Shown: positions 48,427 through 58,302 of the stretch, in pieces
How the letters are laid out: each line of letters opens with the position of its first letter
How positions within the stretch are numbered: position 1 is the stretch's first letter
Origin: a virus
Virus record (IMG/VR): IMGVR_UViG_3300027816_000098
Span: 2,561 to 66,560 of that record
Length of the DNA stretch: 64,000 bases
Reading direction: 5' to 3' (one strand)
Notes under the pieces: generated by a model
The model's input: the letters and a program-made list of their open reading frames with translations, nothing else
Told to the model about the DNA's origin: nothing
Database searches by the model: none
Made by a program: the position numbers and the translations under genes

Positions 48427-48714
48427 CTATGACCATGAATTAGGGTCTATTTTTAAATGTTCCCAAGACTTTTCACAGCCACATTTTTCTAACTCGTCCC
48501 AATCAGTAAAAAATGTAGGAGGTATAAAATTATCTTCTTTTTCATCATATTTATAGCCTATACCAGCATATATTTTACCCTCTATATCTAAATATGTTTC
48601 TACCCATTTTTGATCAGGAAATGATTCTTTCATTTGTTCTAAAGATTCTCCTGCTAGTATTGCTACTGCAAAATTATTTTCATCAAGTGCTACAAAATTT
48701 TTAATATAACTCAT
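48427..48714 (-). CDS. Small acidic fibre-assembly-like protein
   Basis: LDENN...YAGIGYKYD...FIPP; paralog of 55123..55395. Confidence 0.65.
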   Translation of the reverse strand: MSYIKNFVALDENNFAVAILAGESLEQMKESFPDQKWVETYLDIEGKIYAGIGYKYDEKEDNFIPPTFFTDWDELEKCGCEKSWEHLKIDPNSWS

Positions 48715-49658
48715 TGTCTATGCTCCCATATAATTATCATACCAGTTCCACCTTTTGCTCCTGCTCCACCGCCGCCACCAGTATTAGGAGTTCCAGCAGA
48801 ACCAGAATTTCCTCCACCACCAAGACCACCAGTGCCTCCAGTTGTACCTCCACCGCCTCCTCCTCCACCAAAAGCAAGGGCACTAATTGTTTGTGATGCA
48901 GAGTTAATAAATGTTGCAGGAAGTGGTGCTTGTAAAGTTACTCCAGTTCCACCATTACCACCAGTACTTCCAGAAGCATTTCCTCCTGCTGCTACACAAC
49001 TTCCACCACCTCCACCACCACTTGCTCCACCAGCACTTCCTCCGTTAAAGCCGTGTCCAGTAGTCCAATACTCTCCACCATTTAATCTTGCCCAAGAACC
49101 AGAAGCACCAGCACCTGCTCCACCGCCAGTTCCAGCAAAAAATCCAGGATTCCCAGATGGACCACCACCTCCACCACCAGGTGAAATTATAACTGTTGAA
49201 TCATTTATTGGATTAAGGTTTCCAGCCCTTGGAGTTGCTCCTACTGTGTAAGCAAAAGTAGATATCCCAATATTACTTCCAAACATTGTTGGACCACCTG
49301 CTTCACCATGTGAATTTGTGTCCTGTAATCCATCTCCACTACTCTGTCCACTAGCATCTCCACCAAACCCAATACTGTAGTACCATGTTGTAGCATTTCC
49401 TACATAATATTTTTTTATATAAGTTACTACTCCACCTCCACCTCCACCATGACTTGTGGATCCTCCACCGCCACCACCAATTAATGCAATATCTATAAAA
49501 TCAACATTTGAAGGTCTTGTCCATGTTCCACTTGTTAAAAAAAATTGAGCATTTCCTAAACCAACAGAAACATTATTATATTTTGTTTTTAATTTTCCAT
49601 AAGCAACATTACTATCTAATGAATGTATATATGATGTATTTATTCTTCTTATACTCAT
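48711..49658 (-). CDS. Glycine-rich virion fibre/tip protein
   Basis: SGTWTRP, IGGGGGG, NTGGGGG motifs; likely start MSIRRI at 49658. Confidence 0.8.
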   Translation of the reverse strand: MSIRRINTSYIHSLDSNVAYGKLKTKYNNVSVGLGNAQFFLTSGTWTRPSNVDFIDIALIGGGGGGSTSHGGGGGGVVTYIKKYYVGNATTWYYSIGFGGDASGQSSGDGLQDTNSHGEAGGPTMFGSNIGISTFAYTVGATPRAGNLNPINDSTVIISPGGGGGGPSGNPGFFAGTGGGAGAGASGSWARLNGGEYWTTGHGFNGGSAGGASGGGGGGSCVAAGGNASGSTGGNGGTGVTLQAPLPATFINSASQTISALAFGGGGGGGGTTGGTGGLGGGGNSGSAGTPNTGGGGGAGAKGGTGMIIIWEHRQ

Positions 49659-50602
49659 GAAGAAAACCACTCTCTAATTAAAATTACTCCTGTACCGCCA
49701 GTTCTACTACCAACAAAGTTAGTTGGAGAAGCACTTCCGCCTCCACCTCTTCCATTAGTTCCAACGGCATTAACCGTAGCACCACAGTCTCCAGTAACCC
49801 CACCACTGCCACCAGCACCACCACCACCATAGCAAACTGCAGAAAATGGAGATGTTAATGTTATTCCAACTCCACCTGTACCACTACTAGCGGTACCTCC
49901 CGCACCACCACCGCCACCACCTGGGCTACTAGTAACAGGAGCAACACCTCCACGACCACCATATCCTTGCCAAGCAATTTTTCCTGTAGTTGGTTCACCA
50001 ATTGCATAAGGAATCATTCCATAAGTATTATTAGGATTGTTTGATCCAGTACCACCAGAAGAACCTAAGCCAAAAGAACCAGCAGAACCACAAGGATGTC
50101 CACCTCCACCACCACCAGGGGCTATTAATGTTCTTCTTAAATTACTAGGGTCAATACCAGTTAAATTTGCCATAGCAAATGAATTAGAAATTGGAGAAAA
50201 AATTGTTGGATTTCCTGCATGTCCCCAAGAATTTCCAGAACAATTATCAGTACCATAAACAGATCCAGTAGCATTTCCACCTATAAAAATATACCATGTA
50301 TTATAGTCCCCAATATAAAATTGGTTAACTTGAATAACAGCACCACCTCCACCACCAGCACCACGTCTTGGTCCAGATACTGTTTGAGCAGATGATCCAC
50401 CACCGCCAACTAAAGCAATATCAATAAAATGAACATTTGCTGGTCTTGAATATGTTGTTGAAGACGAATAGGTAACAACTGATCCAGTTCTAGTAGGAAT
50501 ATATTTAGCAGAAACTCTATTATAAGAAGTATCTATTATATTATTTGTAAGGGTATTATTTATACCAGACAACACTGATGCCTGTGCTAGTCTGATTGAC
50601 AT
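49655..50602 (-). CDS. Glycine-rich virion fibre/tip protein
   Basis: Paralog of 48711..49658 (RPANVHFIDIALVGGGG). Confidence 0.8.
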   Translation of the reverse strand: MSIRLAQASVLSGINNTLTNNIIDTSYNRVSAKYIPTRTGSVVTYSSSTTYSRPANVHFIDIALVGGGGSSAQTVSGPRRGAGGGGGAVIQVNQFYIGDYNTWYIFIGGNATGSVYGTDNCSGNSWGHAGNPTIFSPISNSFAMANLTGIDPSNLRRTLIAPGGGGGGHPCGSAGSFGLGSSGGTGSNNPNNTYGMIPYAIGEPTTGKIAWQGYGGRGGVAPVTSSPGGGGGGAGGTASSGTGGVGITLTSPFSAVCYGGGGAGGSGGVTGDCGATVNAVGTNGRGGGGSASPTNFVGSRTGGTGVILIREWFSS

Positions 50603-50604
50603 TA

Positions 50605-50940
50605 TTAACTTATTTCTGTTCCAAAAGCAGATACAGATATGGAACTACTTGTTCCAGATGCCATTATATACTTACCAGCCTGCATTGTAATACCTAGTGT
50701 CAGTGTCACTGTATCATTTGCAGGCACTGTAGAACCAAAAACTATAAATTCAGATGAAGCAGGTGATGTTGATCCAGACACTGCAAGTCTATATGTTTGA
50801 GCACTTGCTGTTTGATTACATACTACAATTGTAGAAACAATCCAAGATCTTCCAGTAGCAACTGGGCCAGCAATTGTATTATAAGTTGTAATAGCACCAG
50901 CAGTATTTGCTTGTCCTAAAATTCTATAATCTACAGCCAT
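50605..50940 (-). CDS. ~110-aa virion adaptor protein (paralog 2)
   Basis: YRILGQ...VSTIVVCN...VPANDT..LTLGIT...SAFGTEIS. Confidence 0.75.
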   Translation of the reverse strand: MAVDYRILGQANTAGAITTYNTIAGPVATGRSWIVSTIVVCNQTASAQTYRLAVSGSTSPASSEFIVFGSTVPANDTVTLTLGITMQAGKYIMASGTSSSISVSAFGTEIS

Positions 50941-51120
50941 TTATGCCCCCATCAGTAGAAAAGGATGAATCATGTTATCTACATATTTTTTTGTAGCAGC
51001 ATCCTGGTCTACTAGTGGTTCTGCTAAACCTTTAACAGTACCACCAAATTTACTAATCCTAATTGAAGATACCTCTAAAGGATTATCTGGATCATTATGC
51101 GTCAATTGGTCTAATGGCAT
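50941..51120 (-). CDS. 59-aa micro-protein (not in ORF track)
   Basis: AGGAG RBS; MPLDQLTHNDPDNPLEVSSIRISKFGGTVKGLAEPLVDQDAATKKYVDNMIHPFLLMGA; fills the gap exactly. Confidence 0.75.
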   Translation of the reverse strand: MPLDQLTHNDPDNPLEVSSIRISKFGGTVKGLAEPLVDQDAATKKYVDNMIHPFLLMGA

Positions 51121-51128
51121 AATATCTC

Positions 51129-54100
51129 CTATGCTTGTGCTTCAGTCCAGGATAGACGTCCCAATACACTTGCTGAGGCAGAAGAACTTAAGTTTGTTAC
51201 AACAATTGTAAGTGTGTCTGGTCCATCTGGATAGATATTTACGTTAGAGTTTGCTCCTCCACCACCAAGAATAGAGTTACCTAAATCACGAACAGTATTA
51301 AGATCAACGCTATTAGCACCAGATCCTACGAAGAAACCAGCAGTTACCTCACCACCAGATACTGTTGTGGTTCCGCCTGCATAGTTTGCAATTTGTGCAA
51401 GGCTTGAGTTTTGTAATGTAGTTACGTTGTTTACAGCGTTTGTCCATGCAGTTGATGATGATGGTAATCCATTTAATACTGCAGTAATCAAAAGATTTGA
51501 GTTTGCTGTGTTAGTTGTAATGTCAAGAGCACGAAGAACTAACTGCATTCTATTAATAAGTTCTCTTGAACCAAAAGCACCAACAACACCTTGATCTACA
51601 GATGGAGCAACGCGAATTGAGAACAATGCTCTAGAATTTGATGCTGGAACTCCAGTAAATGTGGTTTGTCCATAAGTAAATACAAGAGACTTATCGTCAT
51701 CGTATCTACCATCCATAATTACAGAAGTACCCCAGTGACTAATGGTTGGAGAAAATGTTGGAAACGCTTGCTCTATAACAACTGGAGCGGTTGCTGAATA
51801 AGTAAATGATTGACCACTTGTTGCACCCATTGGTGGGAATAGTACATCAGTAGGGTTAGAGGACAAAGCAGCATTACTAAATGTTAATGTTGTTCCTGAG
51901 ATATTTGTTAAGAATGTTCCTTCAGGAAATGCAGCACTTACTACTCTTTGTCCGATTTGTAAACCAGACGCACTACCAATTGTTCCGCTATTTGATCCAC
52001 TTGCAACTGTTACTGATTGATTTGTTGTTAAACCTGCTTGTGCTCTAGTTAATCCACTAAATGCACTTGCTGAAATTCCTGTATAGTTAATATATTCATA
52101 CTTGCTTGCATCTCTAATGCATAGAGTTCCACTAGGTGGGAATCCTGCTGTGCTAGAAACGTTAATAACTGTATCGGAAGCACCTACGTTGCTTGTAATC
52201 ATGGTTACATATGGAAATGTTTGGCTTTCGTATCTTGCTGGTAAGTTACCAGAACGCATGTATGCTTCACTATTTAAATTGTTATTTGGTTGTTTGTGTA
52301 CATACATTACGTTACCACCAGGACCTCTTACGCCCCAACGAACATAACCTGCACCATACCAAGAATAATCAATGTAGAACATTTGCATCTTAGATAAATC
52401 AATATTATATCCAGAAGGACCTGTTCCATCTATTTTGTCTAAATTAAATTGAGATTGAGGAATCTTTGTATCTACCGTTTTAGAAGCAATAACATGTGTT
52501 GCTGTTGCTCCCCTGTAAGATGGACTAATTGTCATAGAAGTATCAGATGCAATATCTTGTACTTTATAAGATTGTCCACGGATTACAATATAATCACCTG
52601 GATTTATTTGCTTTGAAAAGATTGTTGGGAAAGAAGCAACTGTTTGAGTTACTGTATTAGAACCATTTGTAACGCTAATTCTACCAGCCAGTTGGAAAGT
52701 AGATGATCTTCTTACTGCATAAAGTGTTTGACCATCAAATTCAAAGAATAAACCATTTTGTGTATCAAAGATACCTAAACGGTTTTGTGCACCATACCAT
52801 CCATTTACTGCTACATAGTATGGTCCAGATCCAACGTTTGAAGATGGACTTGTTGCTGTTGTATATTGGAATGTATTAAAACCAGTAACTGATGTTACTG
52901 TAAATGTTCCATTGTAAACAGGATCTAAACATCCACTCATAGTGATTGATGTTCCTGGAAGAATGTTATGTTTTTCTTTAGTTTGAACTGTTACCAAGTT
53001 TCCTACAGCAGTAACTGAGTCTAGTTGTAGATTTGGTTTTAGGATTGTACCAGAACTTGCTTGAATACCCTTACCTGATTGATAACGGAAATAACGGCGA
53101 GTTTGACGTACCATCTGTTCATAGTTAGAACTTGAATTGCTTGAGAAAATAACTCCACCATCTGTTGGGCGATGCAACACTTGTCCTTGTGGTAAATTAT
53201 AAACTGTACCGCTAGCAACTGTTCCAGTTGGTGCTGCTGCAGCATAGTATCTAAATTGTGTTGGGCTAACAATTGTTGTTACAATAAATGATCCGTTAGG
53301 TGCATTTGTGCTTGCTGTTGTTCCAGTTACAACAATTTCGTTACCAATTGATAATCCATGAGGTACTGTTGTTGTTACTGTAATTTGAGTTCCAGAAAAT
53401 GTAATTGTTGGAGTTCCACCAATTGCAGCACTTGTATATAGTGATCCTTGATAAATTGCTGTCTTGTTAGCATCATAAATAGCGGTTACTGCTGTTGTGT
53501 TTGCAGCACGTGCTGTATATGTAGCACTATTTGTACCACCACCTGATTCAATAATAAAGTTACCATTTGCAATACTTAAGAATGAGTCTTGGACAAATAT
53601 CGCTGTACCGTTTGCTGGAAATGTTCCAGAGGAAAGAGCGACTGTAACCGTTCTAGAGTTAGTGTTCATTGTCATAGAAGAAATATTAGGAATTTGAATA
53701 GAAGATGCAAAGGCAAATGGTCTTTGATTGATCATCGATAAGTTTTCCCACTTAGTAATTTGGGTACCATACTCAAAGTCTGTATCGATAAGTGCTTGTG
53801 GAGTTGTTACTCTAAGTTTGTTTGTGGAATCTAAATAAGATTCTGCTGGTATAAATTTTTCTTCATTTTCATCAATTACTATTTGTAATTTATCTGTAGA
53901 AGACATTGAGGTAGTATTATAATTTAAAACAATAGTTGTTGATTCTACCATTGATGAGTTAATGGTTGCACTATAGGAGGTTGCTCTTAAGGCAGGGTCA
54001 GAGAAATTATATATAACTTGATTAGTAGTAACATTTGTAATTAATGTTAGTTTTTCCCTTGGAATAAATTTATTGTTGATAACAATAGTTTTTGTTGATG

Positions 54101-54143
54101 GGGTGAAAGTGTAATCTAATCTTTCTAGTACTTCTCTTGACAT
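51129..54143 (-). CDS. Large virion structural protein (1004 aa) with repeated small beta-domains
   Basis: LITNVTTNQVIYNF N-terminus, DTDFEYG, VTTTVPHGL/HNILPG repeats, WYGAG. Confidence 0.75.
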   Translation of the reverse strand: MSREVLERLDYTFTPSTKTIVINNKFIPREKLTLITNVTTNQVIYNFSDPALRATSYSATINSSMVESTTIVLNYNTTSMSSTDKLQIVIDENEEKFIPAESYLDSTNKLRVTTPQALIDTDFEYGTQITKWENLSMINQRPFAFASSIQIPNISSMTMNTNSRTVTVALSSGTFPANGTAIFVQDSFLSIANGNFIIESGGGTNSATYTARAANTTAVTAIYDANKTAIYQGSLYTSAAIGGTPTITFSGTQITVTTTVPHGLSIGNEIVVTGTTASTNAPNGSFIVTTIVSPTQFRYYAAAAPTGTVASGTVYNLPQGQVLHRPTDGGVIFSSNSSSNYEQMVRQTRRYFRYQSGKGIQASSGTILKPNLQLDSVTAVGNLVTVQTKEKHNILPGTSITMSGCLDPVYNGTFTVTSVTGFNTFQYTTATSPSSNVGSGPYYVAVNGWYGAQNRLGIFDTQNGLFFEFDGQTLYAVRRSSTFQLAGRISVTNGSNTVTQTVASFPTIFSKQINPGDYIVIRGQSYKVQDIASDTSMTISPSYRGATATHVIASKTVDTKIPQSQFNLDKIDGTGPSGYNIDLSKMQMFYIDYSWYGAGYVRWGVRGPGGNVMYVHKQPNNNLNSEAYMRSGNLPARYESQTFPYVTMITSNVGASDTVINVSSTAGFPPSGTLCIRDASKYEYINYTGISASAFSGLTRAQAGLTTNQSVTVASGSNSGTIGSASGLQIGQRVVSAAFPEGTFLTNISGTTLTFSNAALSSNPTDVLFPPMGATSGQSFTYSATAPVVIEQAFPTFSPTISHWGTSVIMDGRYDDDKSLVFTYGQTTFTGVPASNSRALFSIRVAPSVDQGVVGAFGSRELINRMQLVLRALDITTNTANSNLLITAVLNGLPSSSTAWTNAVNNVTTLQNSSLAQIANYAGGTTTVSGGEVTAGFFVGSGANSVDLNTVRDLGNSILGGGGANSNVNIYPDGPDTLTIVVTNLSSSASASVLGRLSWTEAQA

Positions 54144-54150
54144 ATTTTAT

Positions 54151-55083
54151 TTATCCTCCCAAGACTATATCGATTGCTTTGAACGGATATATCCTTGTTC
54201 TTGTTGTAGTAGTTGGTCCTGATACTATTGTAGCATCACATGTCGCTCCAGTTGGAACAGGTCCTGCAAACGCTATATACCCTTGATCATCTATCCTAAA
54301 TCCTCTTCTTGGAATCATTGATTGCCAGACGGTTTCAGGAAAGTCTACTGATTGTATTATACCATTAATTGAAATTGAAAGTTTGAAAGGATTTGTTATT
54401 GCTACACTAGCACTTTGATACATTGGTAAAAATCTAGTTTCTATACCGTTGAATTGTGGAGATAAATCATCTAGTGGTATAATTTCAATTTCTGATTGGG
54501 TTACAGAGTCAAATGCTCCAGCAGTTAATTGGATCCTATTACTTGCATCATTATAAGTTGCTACTAAGTTAGTATGAAAGCCATGATTGAATAAGCCAGA
54601 TACAGCATCTTGAATATATTCTACACCCGTTGAATCCTGTGGAACATATGTTGAAGCCCCGTTGGCTATAGTCAAATATACAGAAGAGGCTGCATTGATT
54701 TGATAGGTTGTATTTGCAGAGGCTGAACTAAAGGCTGAATTAAAGGCTGTTGCAGATGCACTGGTGATGCTATTATAAATATTTGAAAAGAATGCAGGAT
54801 CGTCATTGATAGCGGCTGCTAGTTCATTTAAAGTATCAAGGGTGCCTGGAGAAGCATCTATTAAACTATTTATCTGGGTATCAATATAAGAAACAAGACT
54901 TGATGATGCTGATGTTACGAGGGGTATAGCAAAATAATCTAAACTATTCCATGCTGTAGTTCCATTACCAATTTTAAGTTTATAAGTATCTGTTTCTAGA
55001 CCTAGTTCACCGCTAGATAAAACAGGATTTTCAAATGTCCAAGATGCTGCTAATCCTCTACGAACTTGGATTTTAGTTGCCAT
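54151..55083 (-). CDS. Fibre protein with Mtd-N-like N-terminal domain
   Basis: IQVRRG.AASW...NPVL..GELGLETDT.KLKIGNG.TAW; SPGTLDTLNELAAAINDD motif. Confidence 0.8.
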   Translation of the reverse strand: MATKIQVRRGLAASWTFENPVLSSGELGLETDTYKLKIGNGTTAWNSLDYFAIPLVTSASSSLVSYIDTQINSLIDASPGTLDTLNELAAAINDDPAFFSNIYNSITSASATAFNSAFSSASANTTYQINAASSVYLTIANGASTYVPQDSTGVEYIQDAVSGLFNHGFHTNLVATYNDASNRIQLTAGAFDSVTQSEIEIIPLDDLSPQFNGIETRFLPMYQSASVAITNPFKLSISINGIIQSVDFPETVWQSMIPRRGFRIDDQGYIAFAGPVPTGATCDATIVSGPTTTTRTRIYPFKAIDIVLGG

Positions 55084-55122
55084 TAAATTACTTCACCCTT
55101 ATTTATTATAGCATTACGAGGA

Positions 55123-55395
55123 TTAATTTTCTTTTTCCCATAGACAAGTATCTTCATTTAAAATATAATTATCTCCTGGTTTTGGGGGTATAAAAGCATC
55201 CCTAATTTCATCATAAGTAAATCCAATACCAGCATAGTTCTTTCTAATTCTATTATTATAGGAAGTTTGTTTCCATATACCGCCTAAATTTAAATCATTT
55301 GCAAGATATTCTTGTCCTCTATGTTCTTGAAAATCAGGTATAACTAATACCTGTAAAACAATATTATTTTCATCTATTTGTGCAAAGTGTGCCAT
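55123..55395 (-). CDS. Small acidic fibre-assembly-like protein
   Basis: MAHFAQIDENNIV...RKNYAGIGFTYD..RDAFIPPKP. Confidence 0.75.
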   Translation of the reverse strand: MAHFAQIDENNIVLQVLVIPDFQEHRGQEYLANDLNLGGIWKQTSYNNRIRKNYAGIGFTYDEIRDAFIPPKPGDNYILNEDTCLWEKEN

Positions 55396-55406
55396 ATATT
55401 CCTCCT

Positions 55407-56747
55407 TTATCTTGGATACCTAATTATAACTATTCCTGAACCGCCAGCACCAGCAACTTGTGTGGTTCCTGTAGACTCATTGCGTCCACCACCACCACCA
55501 CCTGAGCCTGTGTTTGCTATTCCAGCAACTCCAGCAGTTGAACCATTACCACCGTTTCCTCCACCATTTGTTCCAGTACCTCTAGTTCCGTATCCAACAC
55601 CACCACCACCGCCGCCGCCATAGACTGTAGAAGCACCAGAAATAGAACTTGTTATTCCAGCACCACCTATACCACCATTGCTTGCATCAGCGTTTCCACC
55701 AGGGCCTCCTGCACCACCACCGCCTCCAGAATTACGTGCATTATCTCCAGGTCCTGGGAATCCATTACCGCCAGCATAACCTTGATTAGTAGTTCCAGAA
55801 GCACCTGTTGTATTGCTAGCACCTCCACCGCCAATAGTTCCGTTAGCACCACCTCCAGATCCACCTGTTGAATTAGCACCAGTGCTTGAATCTTTTCCAC
55901 GACCACCACCAATTGCTTCAATTGAGCCAAATGATGAATTGCTTCCAGGATTATTAGCAGCACCTCCTGAACCAACTGTTACAGTATAATTAACTCCACT
56001 AGATAAAGATAATGGAGATTCTAATGTACCTCCACCACCAGTTTGTCCTGTTGTGCATCTAACACCACCAGCACCTCCACCGCCACCGCCAGATACTCCT
56101 GGTCCTCCACCACCACCGCCACCTGCAACAACTAAATACTCAACAGTAAGTGGCACGGTAGGAGTAAATGTTCCATTTCCTTTAAATGTATGTATATAAT
56201 ATCCACCTATCTCTGATACTTCTCCACCTGATGCATATGCTGATCTTTCTAAAGATTTAATTCCATACAAAGTTGCTGTAGAGTATTGTGGATAAGAACC
56301 ATTATCTGGTGCTATGGATATAGATGTTATAGCAGCACTATCAGACCAAAGTCCAGAAATTATATTTATGGCACCATAAGTAGCATTATTTTCTGCAACA
56401 TTATCTACACTAAAAGGTTTATAGTTTGAAGAAGTATAGCCAGTTATATAAATTTCTGTATTATTAAAAACAGATGCCGTTGCATTTCCCATAACAGTTC
56501 CAGCATATCTTGCAATAGATCCAGTAGATGCACCAGAGCCATCACTAAATAAATATTTATTAGAAAAATTTGATGTAGAGCCATTAAAAGAAATATATTG
56601 TCCAGTTGGTGCGTTATAAGTAGTTCTTGCCGACATAACAATTTTTAAATCGGTATATATTTGAGGAATGTTGGTAAAATTAATAGAAGCAGCACCTGCA
56701 GCACCTACTGTTATAGTTGCTATTTTAGATAATGTTACTGGAGCCAT
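55407..56747 (-). CDS. Beta-sandwich plus glycine-rich virion protein
   Basis: IPQIYTDL...AITSI...LYGIK domain fused to IHTF..VEYLVVAGGGGG...GSGIVIIRY. Confidence 0.8.
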   Translation of the reverse strand: MAPVTLSKIATITVGAAGAASINFTNIPQIYTDLKIVMSARTTYNAPTGQYISFNGSTSNFSNKYLFSDGSGASTGSIARYAGTVMGNATASVFNNTEIYITGYTSSNYKPFSVDNVAENNATYGAINIISGLWSDSAAITSISIAPDNGSYPQYSTATLYGIKSLERSAYASGGEVSEIGGYYIHTFKGNGTFTPTVPLTVEYLVVAGGGGGGGPGVSGGGGGGAGGVRCTTGQTGGGGTLESPLSLSSGVNYTVTVGSGGAANNPGSNSSFGSIEAIGGGRGKDSSTGANSTGGSGGGANGTIGGGGASNTTGASGTTNQGYAGGNGFPGPGDNARNSGGGGGAGGPGGNADASNGGIGGAGITSSISGASTVYGGGGGGGVGYGTRGTGTNGGGNGGNGSTAGVAGIANTGSGGGGGGRNESTGTTQVAGAGGSGIVIIRYPR

Positions 56748-57242
56748 TTATGCCGCCTTTATTCCATATAAATGAAAAGTAGATCCTGAAGTTATATCCC
56801 CACTTGACCAAAATATAGTTATTGATGTAATTGCTGAATTAGATGACCATTTTTGAACTAACATTTCAACTACGTCCGAAGCATTACTTTGGCGTACCAA
56901 GTTTGTTTTATGTTTATTAGTTGATGAATAATCTAGAAAGTTAACTGTAGAAAGAGTTGTTGTTCCAATATTAGTATTACCAGCATAATCAAAAAAGAAA
57001 TAACCAAGGCTAGTTTGTCTATATGAAGCGGTATCGGTGCCATTACCTCGAGTGCCAACCATTGAATAATTACTTCCAGTGTCGGAATTTAATCGCATAT
57101 ATCCTGTTACGCCATTTGTAGAAGGTGATGCAGTTATTTTTAAAACTAAATCAGTATAGGTTTGAGGTATAGAATTAAAAATAACAGAAGATGTTGATGC
57201 TCCTAAAGTTATAGATGATATTGGCTCATATGTTGCTGGCAT
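56748..57242 (-). CDS. Beta-sandwich virion protein (YG-terminal family)
   Basis: IPQTYTDL...AITSI...LYGIKAA. Confidence 0.75.
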   Translation of the reverse strand: MPATYEPISSITLGASTSSVIFNSIPQTYTDLVLKITASPSTNGVTGYMRLNSDTGSNYSMVGTRGNGTDTASYRQTSLGYFFFDYAGNTNIGTTTLSTVNFLDYSSTNKHKTNLVRQSNASDVVEMLVQKWSSNSAITSITIFWSSGDITSGSTFHLYGIKAA

Positions 57243-57838
57243 TATATTACTCCATATAAAGCAAAGTTAGAATGCTGAATCCATGAAGCAGAATTTGCTG
57301 GTATAAATCTAATTGATGTAATAGCGGCAGTGGAACGCCAGTTGCCTGAAAATAAAAATAAAAATCCAGATCCATTTTGATCATGCCCAGTTAATGATTT
57401 TATTGTTTTAAACTTATTTGTATTTGTATAATCTAAAATATCTATTATTCCCACACCAAAAACATTTGCTGTAGAGCCTGCCCCAGGTGTTCTACCAGCC
57501 AACATATTTGTTTGATTAATATTTGCAAATGTTCCAGTTGCAGATAAGTTATTTGAATAAAGTCCATGTTGTGAGTAATTTGATCCTGTATCAGAATTAA
57601 AAATCATTTCTGCGTTATTATCGGTATTGCTAGCAAGATTACACCTACCAGTAAATCTAAGTTGTAAATGAGTATATGTTTGAGGAATATTACTAAATAA
57701 AATTTCACTTGCACCACTTACACCTACAGTGTTAGTAGCAATACTTTCAAAATTGCCAGGTGAAGAAGATTGATCCCATGCCCTGGCTCTTTTTGAACCA
57801 GTAGTCATTGAAGATGTTTTGAAACTTGTAATTGCCAT
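57242..57838 (-). CDS. Beta-sandwich virion protein (YG-terminal family)
   Basis: IPQTYTHLQLR...AITSI...ALYGVI. Confidence 0.75.
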   Translation of the reverse strand: MAITSFKTSSMTTGSKRARAWDQSSSPGNFESIATNTVGVSGASEILFSNIPQTYTHLQLRFTGRCNLASNTDNNAEMIFNSDTGSNYSQHGLYSNNLSATGTFANINQTNMLAGRTPGAGSTANVFGVGIIDILDYTNTNKFKTIKSLTGHDQNGSGFLFLFSGNWRSTAAITSIRFIPANSASWIQHSNFALYGVI

Positions 57839-58170
57839 TATACAATTTCAGCCCCGAATACACTAAATGTTAAATTAGCGGATGAAGCATAAACTGTTAC
57901 AACATCAGAAGCGTCAATTGTTATACCCAATGAAAGTGCTGTACTGTCGTTTGCACCAACAGTAGTATCGTATGCAATATAGTGACTGTTTGCTAACGAT
58001 GCACCATTTGGTCTTAGAGCAATACGATATGTTGCACCACTTGTGTCACGGTTAGTAATGATTATAGTTGAAACTACAACCTGTGTACTAGCCGAAACAG
58101 TATAGATATCAGTAGCGGTTGTAGCACTTGGTGCTGATTGTGCTAAGATCTTATAATTTTTTGTTGCCAT
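57838..58170 (-). CDS. ~110-aa virion adaptor protein (paralog 3)
   Basis: YKILAQSAPSAT...VSTIIITN...ANDS..LSLGIT...VFGAEIV. Confidence 0.75.
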   Translation of the reverse strand: MATKNYKILAQSAPSATTATDIYTVSASTQVVVSTIIITNRDTSGATYRIALRPNGASLANSHYIAYDTTVGANDSTALSLGITIDASDVVTVYASSANLTFSVFGAEIV

Positions 58171-58173
58171 TAT

Positions 58174-58266
58174 TTACCTCCCTGCTAAAAATACATCTTG
58201 TATGCTATCTACGTCTAAATCTTGGACGGTAGTAATTAAATCTGCTAATTCTCTTGCTTTACTCAT
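58174..58266 (-). CDS. 30-aa micro-protein (not in ORF track)
   Basis: MSKARELADLITTVQDLDVDSIQDVFLAGR; TATAAT ends 6 nt before the ATG; shares its N-terminal motif with neighbouring genes. Confidence 0.65.
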   Translation of the reverse strand: MSKARELADLITTVQDLDVDSIQDVFLAGR

Positions 58267-58302
58267 ATATTAATTATATCTCCTTTAATTTTATATACCC
58301 TT

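Noticed and set aside
48832-49251. Pro-rich + strand ORFs (also 50037, 55378, 32507, 32550)
   Set aside because: They are antisense shadows of glycine-rich or Ala/Glu-repeat - strand genes.
54151-55083. Diversity-generating retroelement suggested by the Mtd-N-like domain
   Set aside because: Only the N-terminal anchor resembles Mtd. No reverse transcriptase, C-type lectin variable region or adenine-mismatched TR/VR pair is visible in this window.
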